Shown: positions 42,001 to 47,989, counted from the first letter of the stretch. The stretch is 56,823 nucleotides of DNA from an uncultured virus (IMG/VR IMGVR_UViG_3300017774_007351) (IMGVR_UViG_3300017774_007351); one strand, 5' to 3'. Translations and numbers: made by a program. Notes: generated from the letters alone by a model not told the origin.

Positions 42001-45000
42001 TCCATTCTCAAAGTCTACCGCTCTATTTTGTACGCTTCCTCCAATAGCGCCCATTTTAGCAAGGGCTGCTTCTAGTATAGCTCCTTCGGCGTTGGCATTT
42101 CCAGTAGCTGCTTTTTCTTCTTCGCTTAATCTTCTTAGTTCAGCATATTGAACTGCGCTTTTGCCTGCTTTTTTAGCATCATTAATATTTTTGATATTGT
42201 CATCTATGAGTCTTTCAGCAACACCCATAGCCGTACCCTTATTACCTCCGCTAACTCCTGTTATTTTATCTGGTCCTAATGGGATACCTAGCTCATTTAA
42301 TTTTTGACTTAATAGCTGATCATTACTTTGAGGTCTGGCCGTAAGAACTCTAATCCTATTTATAAAGGATGGATCAAAGCCCGCTATTTCTTTTATCTTT
42401 TCTCCAAGAGGAGTTAATTTAACCTTGTCTCCATTAAGAGCTTTTGCTACCTTGTCTAGATCACTATATGCAGGAATATCTGGTCTTCCATTTGGTCCAA
42501 AAATATCTGCTCCGCTAACAAGAGTTTCGTCAAAATCAAGAACTAATGGAGCGTCACCTCCAAAAATCATAGTATTCTGAATATCTGTTCCAAATTTTTC
42601 TATGGTATTTTCTACCATTTCTCTCATACCAGCAACAGCATCAGAATACTGTTTAGATAATCCTCTTACAAAGATTGTAGAGTCTTCAAATCCAGGAATT
42701 TTAAAAGATATCTCTTCACTCTTATCAAATGGCTGTAGTCCAACAACTGCTAATTTTTGACTCTTGTTTATTTGTTGGGCTCTTCTTATCTGTTTTCCTT
42801 CTTCGTTACTCAAGGCATCATTGACTGCTTTAAGAGCGGCCGGGTCTAAGGTGTCTTTTTTCTTAATAACCTCTGATCTTAATAAACTATCGAGCGTTCT
42901 TTGGCCACCGGGTACTCCTAGTAAACCCTTCACTCCCTTAATACCTCCCAATTCTTTTATTTGAGCCAAGATAGCATCTTGAAGACTAAGATTTTCCATC
43001 TCTGCTGTTTCTTCTACTGTTCCTCCTTTTAGGAATTTTTGAACAAAACCGCCACCATTATATCTATTTCCTTTCTCATTAGCTGCCCTAAGAGACATTA
43101 GAGTTTTTTGAGCATCGCTATTGATGAAGTTTTCTATCTGTTGTTTAAGATTATTATTACTATCTAAATTTGTTGGATGATATATTGTGGTGTCTGGTAA
43201 TTTTACGTCTTCTCCCTCTATCGATCTCCACTGTTGGGTTTTTCCTGAATGCCTAAGTCTCTTAGACAGAACAGATTCAAGCGGAGAAAACTGTGCTATC
43301 TTTTCTTCTGTACTATAAAACTTAGCATCTCCAGTTTCAAAATCCAGTGGATCAAATTCCCCCTCATATCTGGTTCCAATACTTTTAACTTTATCCTGTG
43401 CATATTTTTCATATGCCGTAGACATTCTTTTGTCTTTTGGATTAATCTTTTTCCCTGTTGGAACTTTAATGTCTCCCCAGTATTCAATTATTTCTTGTGA
43501 TGTAGGATCTGGTACAGGGAGAAATTTTACATTAGATTCAACTCTATCTTTGGGTTGCATTTTTTCAATAGCTGTAACTCTAGAATCGTCTATCTTAGAA
43601 TTAGCTCTAAGTTTGCGCCAGTCACCATCTGTTCTTTGATAGAGATTATTCTTTTTATTCCAATTATTTATGTCTGACTCAGATCGGTAGTCTGGTTGTA
43701 TTAGACTTCCTCCTCTCTGATTCTTTAGCTGTTCAACAGTTGCTTCTGCTCTACCTCCTTCTGCATATCTATTCATAGTATGGAGTTTATTTATTCCAAT
43801 AGCTTTTACGGCAGATTTACGCATAACAAATTCGCCAGGAGTAAGCATTGCTGGAACACTATCGCTATTTCCAGACCCAGGAACAACACCACCATATGCA
43901 AAATTATCAGCTTTTTGGTCTGGTCCTTTTCTAGCGCCACTAATAACACCTGTACTAAATTTAGTTAATGCTTTAACTCCTTGAATAGCAAATATTGTTC
44001 CAAGCAATGGAAGTAATCCCTTTGCTGAATCAGCAACCTTAATAAGAGCGCTTGTTAGTTGTAAAGATCCTCTTACTATGGTTTGAAAGGTGTCTGATTT
44101 TCCTATCTCTCTGAAAAATGCTAAAAATTCTTCTCTAGTTTTAGCTAATTGATTTGCTAGTGATAGCTGTGCTTTGGCAGCATCTGCTGCTAATGATCCT
44201 GATCCTTGTTGTGCAACTCCTAATGCTTGTTGTGCTGTTCCGAACTCTTGAATTAATGGAATAACCTTACCGATTTGTCTAAATCCACCAAGCTCTTCAA
44301 CAATTCTTGAAAATTTCAAATCTCTAGGGTCTAAATTAGAAAGACCCTTAGATAATAGCTCAACAGACTTATATGCTCCAACGAACTTTCCATCTAAGTC
44401 TGTTAGATTAACTCCATACTCTTTAAGAGCTTCTATTGTGCTTTCTCTTTGAACTCTAGTAAAAATAGTTCTTAAACCAGTAGCAATAGTTTCTGCGCTT
44501 TCACGAGTAGTAGCTCTAACGCTAGTAAATACAGCAACGAATTCATTTAGCGCATCAGTACCTTCACTAACTCCTTTACTGGCGGAGGCGAACACACCAC
44601 CGGTTCTTTGAACGGCAGAAATAATGTCACTAGCTTCAACAGCAAACTTAGCAGCAACAGCATTAACAGAACCAAGAGCTTTATCAAGATCACCCGCACC
44701 AATACCGAACTGTCTCATTAAAGCGATACTTCCTTCTACCGTCTCATTCATACTGTCGAAAGATGGAGCTAGTGAACTTAATGCTAATGCTTTAAGGGCT
44801 TTTTCAGTATCTAGAGCATTTAAACCAGCTTGAGCTAGTGTGGATGCAACATTTACTAATTCTGATGACGAAGCACCTAGTCCTGTTGATAAACTTGTAA
44901 CAGTAGCTTCTAATGACTTTAATCCAGAAGCACTTTCACCAGTAACCTGTTGAAGCTTAACAAATTCTTTATCAAAATCAATAAATGCACCAACCCCCTT

Positions 45001-45468
45001 ATTTACAGAATTAACCAATCCGTAAATAACGCTAGTAACAGCACCGAACGCAGCAAATCTTCTAACTGCCAAACCAGCTTGTTTACCGAACTCTACCATT
45101 TCAGAAGACGATGTTCTTAAAACAGCAGAAATATCAGATTGTGACTGAGAAAATTTTTGTGATGCTTGATTAGCAGAATTTAATGAAGACTGTAATTTAC
45201 CTACACTATTCTGGTTGACTGCTGCACTGAATTGCTTAATCGCATTTGCTGCAGATGTTGCGCTAACGTTGGTATCTTTAAATGTTTGATTTAATGATTT
45301 TAGGTTGGCATCAAGTTGTGATACGTTCTTGGCTGCATTAGGATCAAGAGTGAATTTAACTGTAGCATTAATATTTCCAAGTTGATTTTTAATATTAGCA
45401 ACAATGTTACCAACATTATTTGGTCCTTTAAGATTTAATTGTGCTGTTAGGTTAAATGCACCTGCCAT
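30094..45468 (-). CDS. Giant tape measure protein (5124 aa): TP901-type core plus multiple embedded enzyme-like cassettes
   Basis: The N-terminal ~500 aa has the TMP core pattern (LAQAG...A+KFAVEASDI..A+QRTG...ATTRESAETIATGLRTIFTR). It follows the tube and chaperone genes, has a GGAG RBS, and carries six lambda-gpH-like 'PAxLxxGEFV' modules. Confidence 0.9.
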   Translation of the reverse strand: MAGAFNLTAQLNLKGPNNVGNIVANIKNQLGNINATVKFTLDPNAAKNVSQLDANLKSLNQTFKDTNVSATSAANAIKQFSAAVNQNSVGKLQSSLNSANQASQKFSQSQSDISAVLRTSSSEMVEFGKQAGLAVRRFAAFGAVTSVIYGLVNSVNKGVGAFIDFDKEFVKLQQVTGESASGLKSLEATVTSLSTGLGASSSELVNVASTLAQAGLNALDTEKALKALALSSLAPSFDSMNETVEGSIALMRQFGIGAGDLDKALGSVNAVAAKFAVEASDIISAVQRTGGVFASASKGVSEGTDALNEFVAVFTSVRATTRESAETIATGLRTIFTRVQRESTIEALKEYGVNLTDLDGKFVGAYKSVELLSKGLSNLDPRDLKFSRIVEELGGFRQIGKVIPLIQEFGTAQQALGVAQQGSGSLAADAAKAQLSLANQLAKTREEFLAFFREIGKSDTFQTIVRGSLQLTSALIKVADSAKGLLPLLGTIFAIQGVKALTKFSTGVISGARKGPDQKADNFAYGGVVPGSGNSDSVPAMLTPGEFVMRKSAVKAIGINKLHTMNRYAEGGRAEATVEQLKNQRGGSLIQPDYRSESDINNWNKKNNLYQRTDGDWRKLRANSKIDDSRVTAIEKMQPKDRVESNVKFLPVPDPTSQEIIEYWGDIKVPTGKKINPKDKRMSTAYEKYAQDKVKSIGTRYEGEFDPLDFETGDAKFYSTEEKIAQFSPLESVLSKRLRHSGKTQQWRSIEGEDVKLPDTTIYHPTNLDSNNNLKQQIENFINSDAQKTLMSLRAANEKGNRYNGGGFVQKFLKGGTVEETAEMENLSLQDAILAQIKELGGIKGVKGLLGVPGGQRTLDSLLRSEVIKKKDTLDPAALKAVNDALSNEEGKQIRRAQQINKSQKLAVVGLQPFDKSEEISFKIPGFEDSTIFVRGLSKQYSDAVAGMREMVENTIEKFGTDIQNTMIFGGDAPLVLDFDETLVSGADIFGPNGRPDIPAYSDLDKVAKALNGDKVKLTPLGEKIKEIAGFDPSFINRIRVLTARPQSNDQLLSQKLNELGIPLGPDKITGVSGGNKGTAMGVAERLIDDNIKNINDAKKAGKSAVQYAELRRLSEEEKAATGNANAEGAILEAALAKMGAIGGSVQNRAVDFENGLGMSAAQAFPGIAPDWPTEVKRTLSSDNIGRAKEEFTRYYSENYGPWPQQEDAFSFDKSGKPVARFAQGGKASRKVGYEAGVGLSPLSTSVSKRLGPSVYNLQKGTGLSDQEFNEIKKTADTYGYNEEEFKQYLAKRIQEKKNNSTLKRDPSELLRDLTPQSNVSTARQLALAEMLKGPTDAGYRPILTDAQRIAQARSDISNATRYAVGGVAEPQQKKDKQYGKIGLTEDSGMINAGYFKNDTRSGYATAYKMRDYLYYVGLSSATSGYGPKLYDVLMEAATEKGAMLTSDRSLVSGDAKNVWEYYFNNRSDVKKTPLKPSDWTLNNALIDPKLYGKEETWPPANDPAWILQSGYSKSPSIINGPDVVRSSAKVDYRALMSSFFSEKRGSSEPVVASNSDGEEFTVGYSKMASGGKVDPGMEKYKAILSSILPPEFLSKEGLLRTSDGGSEPIEIRSPKQKSFLSSMLSGESGDPDAPPASFDGALPYKALNYRLEEEKDRLSPEQYKVLKRYVDQNLMFHGKEDIIDVRKSKYKAALAHESFHDIQGFLYDNYPEIMGKLQSAIDSNKSDIEKWYSDQSNSKYTGKGTYQLEHFFPTPDTASPYGPALIDEALGSFKKAKTTPSNESLQIIGNAHQDLGRNELIPVLLNAAAEGNSGAASLLQSIFGSAGLNKDFYKTLPRFANGGIVPGVGNSDTVPATLNVGDFVIKKNSVNSIGADKLFSMSGYAAGGSVDQVPALLTPGEFVFPKASAEKIGYGKLHSMNKLGKFASGGMVGGRLAFADGGIADFIKEVGKFILEVGPAKTPVRPDSITSGTIGIDNSTKNDLIELSNAIQELGVSSSETARIIKSKDDINYQSAIKAYEIDLERLKIAGASQATIIAGEQKLNEIRSKSLNEVSRSSALESAFKESNLGKSGGSGAAQQQVLAMATKLEEIIQRNKEQIAVTKLQARMPGASQSDILGMAKEAANTPEERARTKDTANLEAAKRVTGISKAEFTAMDISGEDIAKYVSRSSLDRKTLAEMDKQLIKQKENEVTSTKMFSALLPTVQAKQLEQARRLAQEEVEKRREILNEIAKSQDLPSLEIKGFGDKVADALNSRLGNLTKVGIALIPELVKNYGGASSTAEGAGRMAGVAGAGATFAAGLNIAGQIGGPAAPYLVAASAVAAFATYLKDSRNAFIEFQKNLSSKNLQLAISNLEQMFSDLGKDITDIDIANNITREIRTGLSEGKNINNLDATSPKAFYANLLDSSQTTQATDRSKILEKYGTAAYVNSYMSSQTRDAYARQLAPERAQGYAKEFSDTSNYAQRYIENQVSTGSSYEDLRNSGDFQLLSESIALANNRVQEQIMEIDRSTIANKEAAKAAVIRAYGDEQIYKITKNSERQRLSESADRDAKKFSMSFDRLINNMTQSIDSTNFTLAKFNDQLEASTASLSGQAEIRSTRLDAINVLKNPNMSSDREFRSAASSGSSLFGTEKGIINTILNLGKELEPSIMETINKTIKDNPGGVSDTKISMAIDRNVSSKLAGTGLPKNLSDQLSQQIGDAVEQIRKKEGSGSKDKRIDFAELINAIPALKDTFDALKSASNAVVGALENQQKALDDYNQKINESIKYQIESSARRNKADEIVLNGSLELSRAFGESVDPIMGIRLRDQKTARITGGPTSASDILDNINGLEARRRNQQAGLDALKNRSIGQPGSTQAIIDNERALSKTNYQINQTAGALKNLADNSEAASVAMSALQSAQQKQAGKLSLLEKVIGSTPEELYSFNNALVRLQKTAAGQQMFQTADQRKEVMSVMNDILPLIGNNQQANNLKADVFENLLRDSGVGVNPQFAEIINSIRNPEADPAIKLAADAFRKATEQQGNYNRALATLSQDIGKEIVSSSAELLTKALNDTRVKFDEKQIQDIVNGIRDPSTVMRPAEPQMKAAGGVIYAAGGDYVNFQSRGTDTVPAMLTPGEFVMKKSAVDSIGVNNLSRMNNGYQNGGQVRYYADGGYVTDSLKPEYKDNTGGSLKVKKSGKFSTAGEYPQIDNLDELQNTLEPYVTFQNMQKIKDFSGYGSSTASLSIEKGPSTKNYNPKSFLGFGYPVSSSAIASGLEDFNHTVLSKSYVSPPDIKPNTVGLFISGRSEAVESLKTRKKLEFDGPEAEAQKQLEKYIDRIERIKNANAVPQDLQIDSNSYKLQTQGINYDILPLNSRLTTSNPATVKSEGYGTRKFSRINFSNLSQTIDKDVGLLSPNSGGAATLSQYLTSQKEKAPDFSLKGKSIRPEIYGGKISDKSFFSNYITKEGLGAITEPQSSRDNLLELQNITNNLNNADKAIRLEKLRSTDSDRQMDQELTVLRKLYQGSVVSASIEDKLFDLSSLGATKNNIEVFSTSISEWNSKYLEAIKDSIKGDARYNDLSYYGKSPKSFDILPEAGGDVRKLPWVDAGIPIREDVRGALQREVENNTSLVTPNVVSDPRSGLIKIPKNGILSQDLSLPYEIDFSKYVNKFWNSDTDTLSDEDILGGKPAYLVNQSGADNNPFKGLLLNNKRLFSTDAGRTEETLQKQIAGFISSDNGILTYLNSVITDGYDSDKAKKLEKSSLDKFFTLSSVADKVGFLTNASSVGAQGGELFSKTPNIFGDSTSLSFRDYLISRAKELTKENNDTKNKENKQKFGDKPGDGFLDPLEYPGASLAMILGAQDLFGSGSQYELPKLLGKNWFRPTLNRRFNDIFEVPNEMIKSYMGGLATIFNDKAGIIDTNARYFADKDPATYDRMMQAYTYLDGARQAFDALSVGDTGSINLKSYLTDAVLKAPRDPSSYQAAEQMFLSLGMNGKSSYVNKALERSNLSPDEQKSFAKTMEGSKIDQSTIDGDIDLQDFKTEDLGKTYESIYGLALNPYNQYTNRNIRKLLLDQFISRIPTASKPDGTPLFTPTTGRLFDQALRTMRYWYGGEEGIVIPPLRNWPGTDYLYDNSIVDPNTQEALSFNQKLEELMANNDPMLYDNARLAYDHVGGKQRFGELPSVETYANYNPEIVEAQKRQTGGLIYASAGSFIDFSPKGTDTVPAMLTPGEFVVNAKATSEHLPLLKAINSGSRSSSRGFQKGGVAYLKYGDHVQSGRQSKNVVDVRNQGDNANRQWYQSAGEIGQFLAYFPQMLTEEIFSSSNKHTSAVESFGKRLEAAQVQEKSRGGLIYLAEGSRTPVPTLSLTSSKTPELLTTGVNGPEPLKPVGPLIMSDNPLLAGVGGAGKSLEDLSYGIYGASKVAGAGVLAVPGIYAAAKNEALTAVGIRDQKTYDQVSAEIGGYMDSLGKSAYAGASDTGNYLLTASGQNDLTESTYATATQDKKDVEAVTGEFGSTAGTALSAAQNAAFISTNILAGEKGLDPVENILKGVGNAPQLFREGRATTGQLLAKMGAPELGANLAMNAADTTLATDRLLATGADAAHGTKGGWWNAEDAAIRAGGDPGVLPKTTFPGQTRSTIALSAEAAGGDLSRVAQSAEGVTVAGGLGDKAYFTHIGEGALDPRGAAESAINYAKEGLMKGGSLDQAAVIVNDIKQSALTEALATRPFDPSSTAAMDGVSNAAKSLGLDLGETAGKTPAQLQNELIKIHQAEAGITRDVAARRVGELMPEGVSSLSSQIELREGVTGTTLALNPATALEHPLGTPMSLAELTRRPELINHGTVHRIDQALDAHGAADRVLGAIYPEEEKPQNRATGGLIYANNGALIAKGKDRIPAMLSDGEFVVNADSAKKNMPLLEGINNGAISYASNGALIGTQNQNIDTRLSPSQQNVMGAINTGYYSRGGVVGYLNNGGYVRASYLENGGMAAQNAVNRPGDTAVQTGVLNSVGQNMVMEKPAWVDEFISQTNSAFQGLSETMSTSATKFAETGKNMLNSAESFSSSANKISDISLPETISMNGNFDFSQQSIKNIIGRSVGESVAINTNNTNSSISDNNAKMRSSLNNATDGGLDISGLA

Positions 45469-45485
45469 TATTGTTGTACTCCATT

Positions 45486-45528
45486 AAATAAAAATCCCCG
45501 AGCAGTTGCCTGAACGGGGATTCTTTTT
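45486..45528 (-). terminator. Rho-independent terminator immediately upstream of the TMP RBS (possibly bidirectional)
   Basis: Minus strand reads AATCCCCG-TT-CAG-GCAA-CTG-CT-CGGGGATT-TTTATTT: a GC stem, GNRA loop and U-tract. A T-run also follows the stem on the + strand. Confidence 0.75.
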
Positions 45529-45555
45529 GAGAAGATCAAAAGCAAAAAATTACAA

Positions 45556-46452
45556 TTATGTCGTAGCACTTGGTGGAGTAGTAACGACTGGAGAAGAGAC
45601 AACTGGTGGAGTAGACTCTGTAGGGGTAGGAGCACTCTCTGTTTTCTTGGTGTCCTCATCAAGAACGACTGGATTGCCGTTTTCGTCAAGAAATGGCTTA
45701 GATTCAACAACATAATCTCCTTGTTCGTCTACCCTATTACCAAACTTATCAACAAAGTTACCCTGGTCGTCAATAAATCTTCCGCTTTCATCGATTAGTC
45801 TTCCTTCACTATCAATGAATCGTCCTTTTTTATCGATTAGTCGCAGTCTATCATCAACAAACTTATACTTTTTAAGAAACTTATTTTCTGGTAGAGTTCC
45901 TTCATAATCGTTATCTAGACCATATAGCATATTAGCAAGATTTTGAGCTGCTAATACAGATATAGCTTCACCAGCACGATTAAGATAGTCCTCCATATTT
46001 AAAAAATAGGTTTGCTTAGTATCATTATACACCAAACAGGCAGACACTAGATAGTTGAATCTGGCATTATCTGCTTGTCCTTCAGCACTATGGTTGTCTA
46101 AAGAAGTTCGAACACTAATTAGATCTCTAATGTCTTCTCGAATCTTCCTCATTTTAACAGCTAGGTCTTTAGCCTCATTCAAGCTAAATCCACCCTTGGC
46201 TAGTTTCTTCTCTCCATCAAGTAGTTCTCTCTGAAGACCACTGAACTTAGCCTGTTTTTCATCATTCCACAGTCCCTGGTCCTGTAGCAAATCATCGAGC
46301 TTGGCACGAACAACGCTCTTCGACTTTACAGCGTCGGTGAAGGCTTGATTATAAACCTTCTGTGCTTCTCTTTGGTCATTTAAAGATGGACTGCGAATTA
46401 AAAATTCTTTTTCCACACCATCAACAGTAGCCTTAAAGGTCTTAGTTTTCAT
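45556..46452 (-). CDS. Tail assembly chaperone-like protein (298 aa)
   Basis: Lies between the tube and TMP genes. Helical N-domain, then repeated 'GR(F/L)ID..' motifs at the C-terminus. Confidence 0.6.
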   Translation of the reverse strand: MKTKTFKATVDGVEKEFLIRSPSLNDQREAQKVYNQAFTDAVKSKSVVRAKLDDLLQDQGLWNDEKQAKFSGLQRELLDGEKKLAKGGFSLNEAKDLAVKMRKIREDIRDLISVRTSLDNHSAEGQADNARFNYLVSACLVYNDTKQTYFLNMEDYLNRAGEAISVLAAQNLANMLYGLDNDYEGTLPENKFLKKYKFVDDRLRLIDKKGRFIDSEGRLIDESGRFIDDQGNFVDKFGNRVDEQGDYVVESKPFLDENGNPVVLDEDTKKTESAPTPTESTPPVVSSPVVTTPPSATT

Positions 46453-46757
46453 TGATCGTCTCCGTTTTTAAAGTAAAACTTGTATCTATACTTTTCTCTA
46501 AAAGTAGTTTTTGGTCCTCTCCTATTATCTTCCAAAAAGTCTGTAAGGTTTTCCAAAGCAAGTCTAATTTGATTATTGCCATTATTTAATATAGCGTTAC
46601 GGGCTTCTTCCCACAACTTTTCATATTCTAATCTATTTTTATTATCTTCTTCCCATAAATAACCAAAATATTCTTCAAATTTTGCTAAAGAACCAATCAT
46701 TGTTGTTTTGAGTCTCGTTTCCATATCTTTTATGATATCGTGTGAATCGTTGTTCAT
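46449..46757 (-). CDS. Hypothetical protein in the tail assembly cluster (102 aa)
   Basis: ORF with ATGA coupling to the next gene and an AGGA RBS. Confidence 0.65.
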   Translation of the reverse strand: MNNDSHDIIKDMETRLKTTMIGSLAKFEEYFGYLWEEDNKNRLEYEKLWEEARNAILNNGNNQIRLALENLTDFLEDNRRGPKTTFREKYRYKFYFKNGDDQ

Positions 46758-46761
46758 GACA

Positions 46762-47805
46762 TTAATTCCTTTGTTTCAACGCATTGTTAAGTTTTATTAA
46801 AGCCTCTCTTTTAACGTCTGGTAGATCTAAATCCTCTACTTCTCCCATTTGTTTAACTGTATTAATTTTTTCTTTCATCCTGCCTAAGCCTTCTGCATTA
46901 TTTAAATTCAATACTTCTGTGATTTCTTCTTCATTTTCAGTTAAAACAAATACCTCTTGAGCATTTCTGAGTCTTGGATTAGACGTATCAAGACCTTGCT
47001 CCATCTTCTGTTTCTTTGTCTTTCGTTTTTGGAATATGATCCATCCATCAAGCATGTCATCATCTTCTATAATTTTATCATCTGGGCATTCTGGGTGTTC
47101 ATAAACATTATCATACATTTTAGTAATATTAACAAGGCTTCTCTGCTCATCTGTCCAATCTATAACTTGAGCATTAAATGCATGATCTTTATTAGCATTC
47201 CAATATGATCTCCATAAATTACTTCTAGCTATAGCCTTAAATGTACTCATTCCTATAGTATTCTCGTTAATAATATTAACTAAGCTATTAAAAAACTGAT
47301 AAGAGTCAGCATTTTTATTGTCACTATTTTGAAATACTAATTTATTGTTCTTGTATAATGTATGACAAATTATAAGTTCGTTTTTAAGAGATGAAGCATA
47401 GCCTTCTAATGTATTGTATAAAAAGTCTTGCTTGGTTTTTAAAACCCTATTAAGTTGGTCTTCATTAGATCTGATCTTTGGTCTAATTTTTTTTACCATG
47501 TCTTTATTCATAAAGTTTTTATAAAGGTCTACTTTTAAGTTGTCTATGTTTTTTTGTAATAGTTCCAAGCTTTTTTCAGTATCTTTTTGCCATAATCCTA
47601 GGGCTATCATGGCTTTGGTAGAATTTTCTTCTCTGATCCATTCATTATATTTTTCATCATTAATAATATTATTATACAATAAATTTGCTTCATACTTCAG
47701 TGAGTTAGAAGCATATTTAAGCTCATACCTCTCGTTATTAAAGAAAAATATGAGATACCCACATAGTATTCTGTTGAGATATAACTCGATATCTGCATCA
47801 TTCAT
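46762..47805 (-). CDS. Tail assembly chaperone-like protein, long paralog (347 aa)
   Basis: Aligns without gaps to 45556..46452 over ~100 aa (EA...YN....D...GLW...LQ...EG.A) and has an extra C-terminal domain. Confidence 0.55.
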   Translation of the reverse strand: MNDADIELYLNRILCGYLIFFFNNERYELKYASNSLKYEANLLYNNIINDEKYNEWIREENSTKAMIALGLWQKDTEKSLELLQKNIDNLKVDLYKNFMNKDMVKKIRPKIRSNEDQLNRVLKTKQDFLYNTLEGYASSLKNELIICHTLYKNNKLVFQNSDNKNADSYQFFNSLVNIINENTIGMSTFKAIARSNLWRSYWNANKDHAFNAQVIDWTDEQRSLVNITKMYDNVYEHPECPDDKIIEDDDMLDGWIIFQKRKTKKQKMEQGLDTSNPRLRNAQEVFVLTENEEEITEVLNLNNAEGLGRMKEKINTVKQMGEVEDLDLPDVKREALIKLNNALKQRN

Positions 47806-47950
47806 TTGATTCTCTAGGCTTCTTTAGCTCTAGAATTTCCTTGTCCTTAGATTTTAGCTGTTGCTGTAGAAGATCTATAACCTTTTGAGAATTATAGACA
47901 TCTACATATAGCCGTCCTATCATATTAAAAAGCTCATCCATATTATCCAT
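47798..47950 (-). CDS. Small coiled-coil protein (50 aa), absent from the ORF track
   Basis: Translated by hand as MDNMDELFNMIGRLYVDVYNSQKVIDLLQQQLKSKDKEILELKKPRESNE*. GAGGA RBS; stop overlaps the next start (ATGAATGA). Confidence 0.75.
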   Translation of the reverse strand: MDNMDELFNMIGRLYVDVYNSQKVIDLLQQQLKSKDKEILELKKPRESNE

Positions 47951-47989
47951 ACTAGTCCTCGAACCATATCCTGAATTAATTAATAATTA

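Noticed and set aside
30164..44833. Numerous short ORFs opposite or overlapping the TMP
   Set aside because: Fully nested in a long CDS, with no recognisable motifs. None looks like an immunity gene.
30094..45468. Inteins or introns as the explanation for TMP size
   Set aside because: No Hint-type C/S...HN-C/S/T boundaries or LAGLIDADG motifs were seen, and the reading frame is continuous.
45468..45713. 81-aa ORF as the frameshifted 'T' extension of the chaperone
   Set aside because: It lies in the +1/-2 frame, no slippery sequence was seen, its composition is shadow-like and it crosses the terminator. Its TAATG overlap with the TMP start is noted, so it is not fully excluded.
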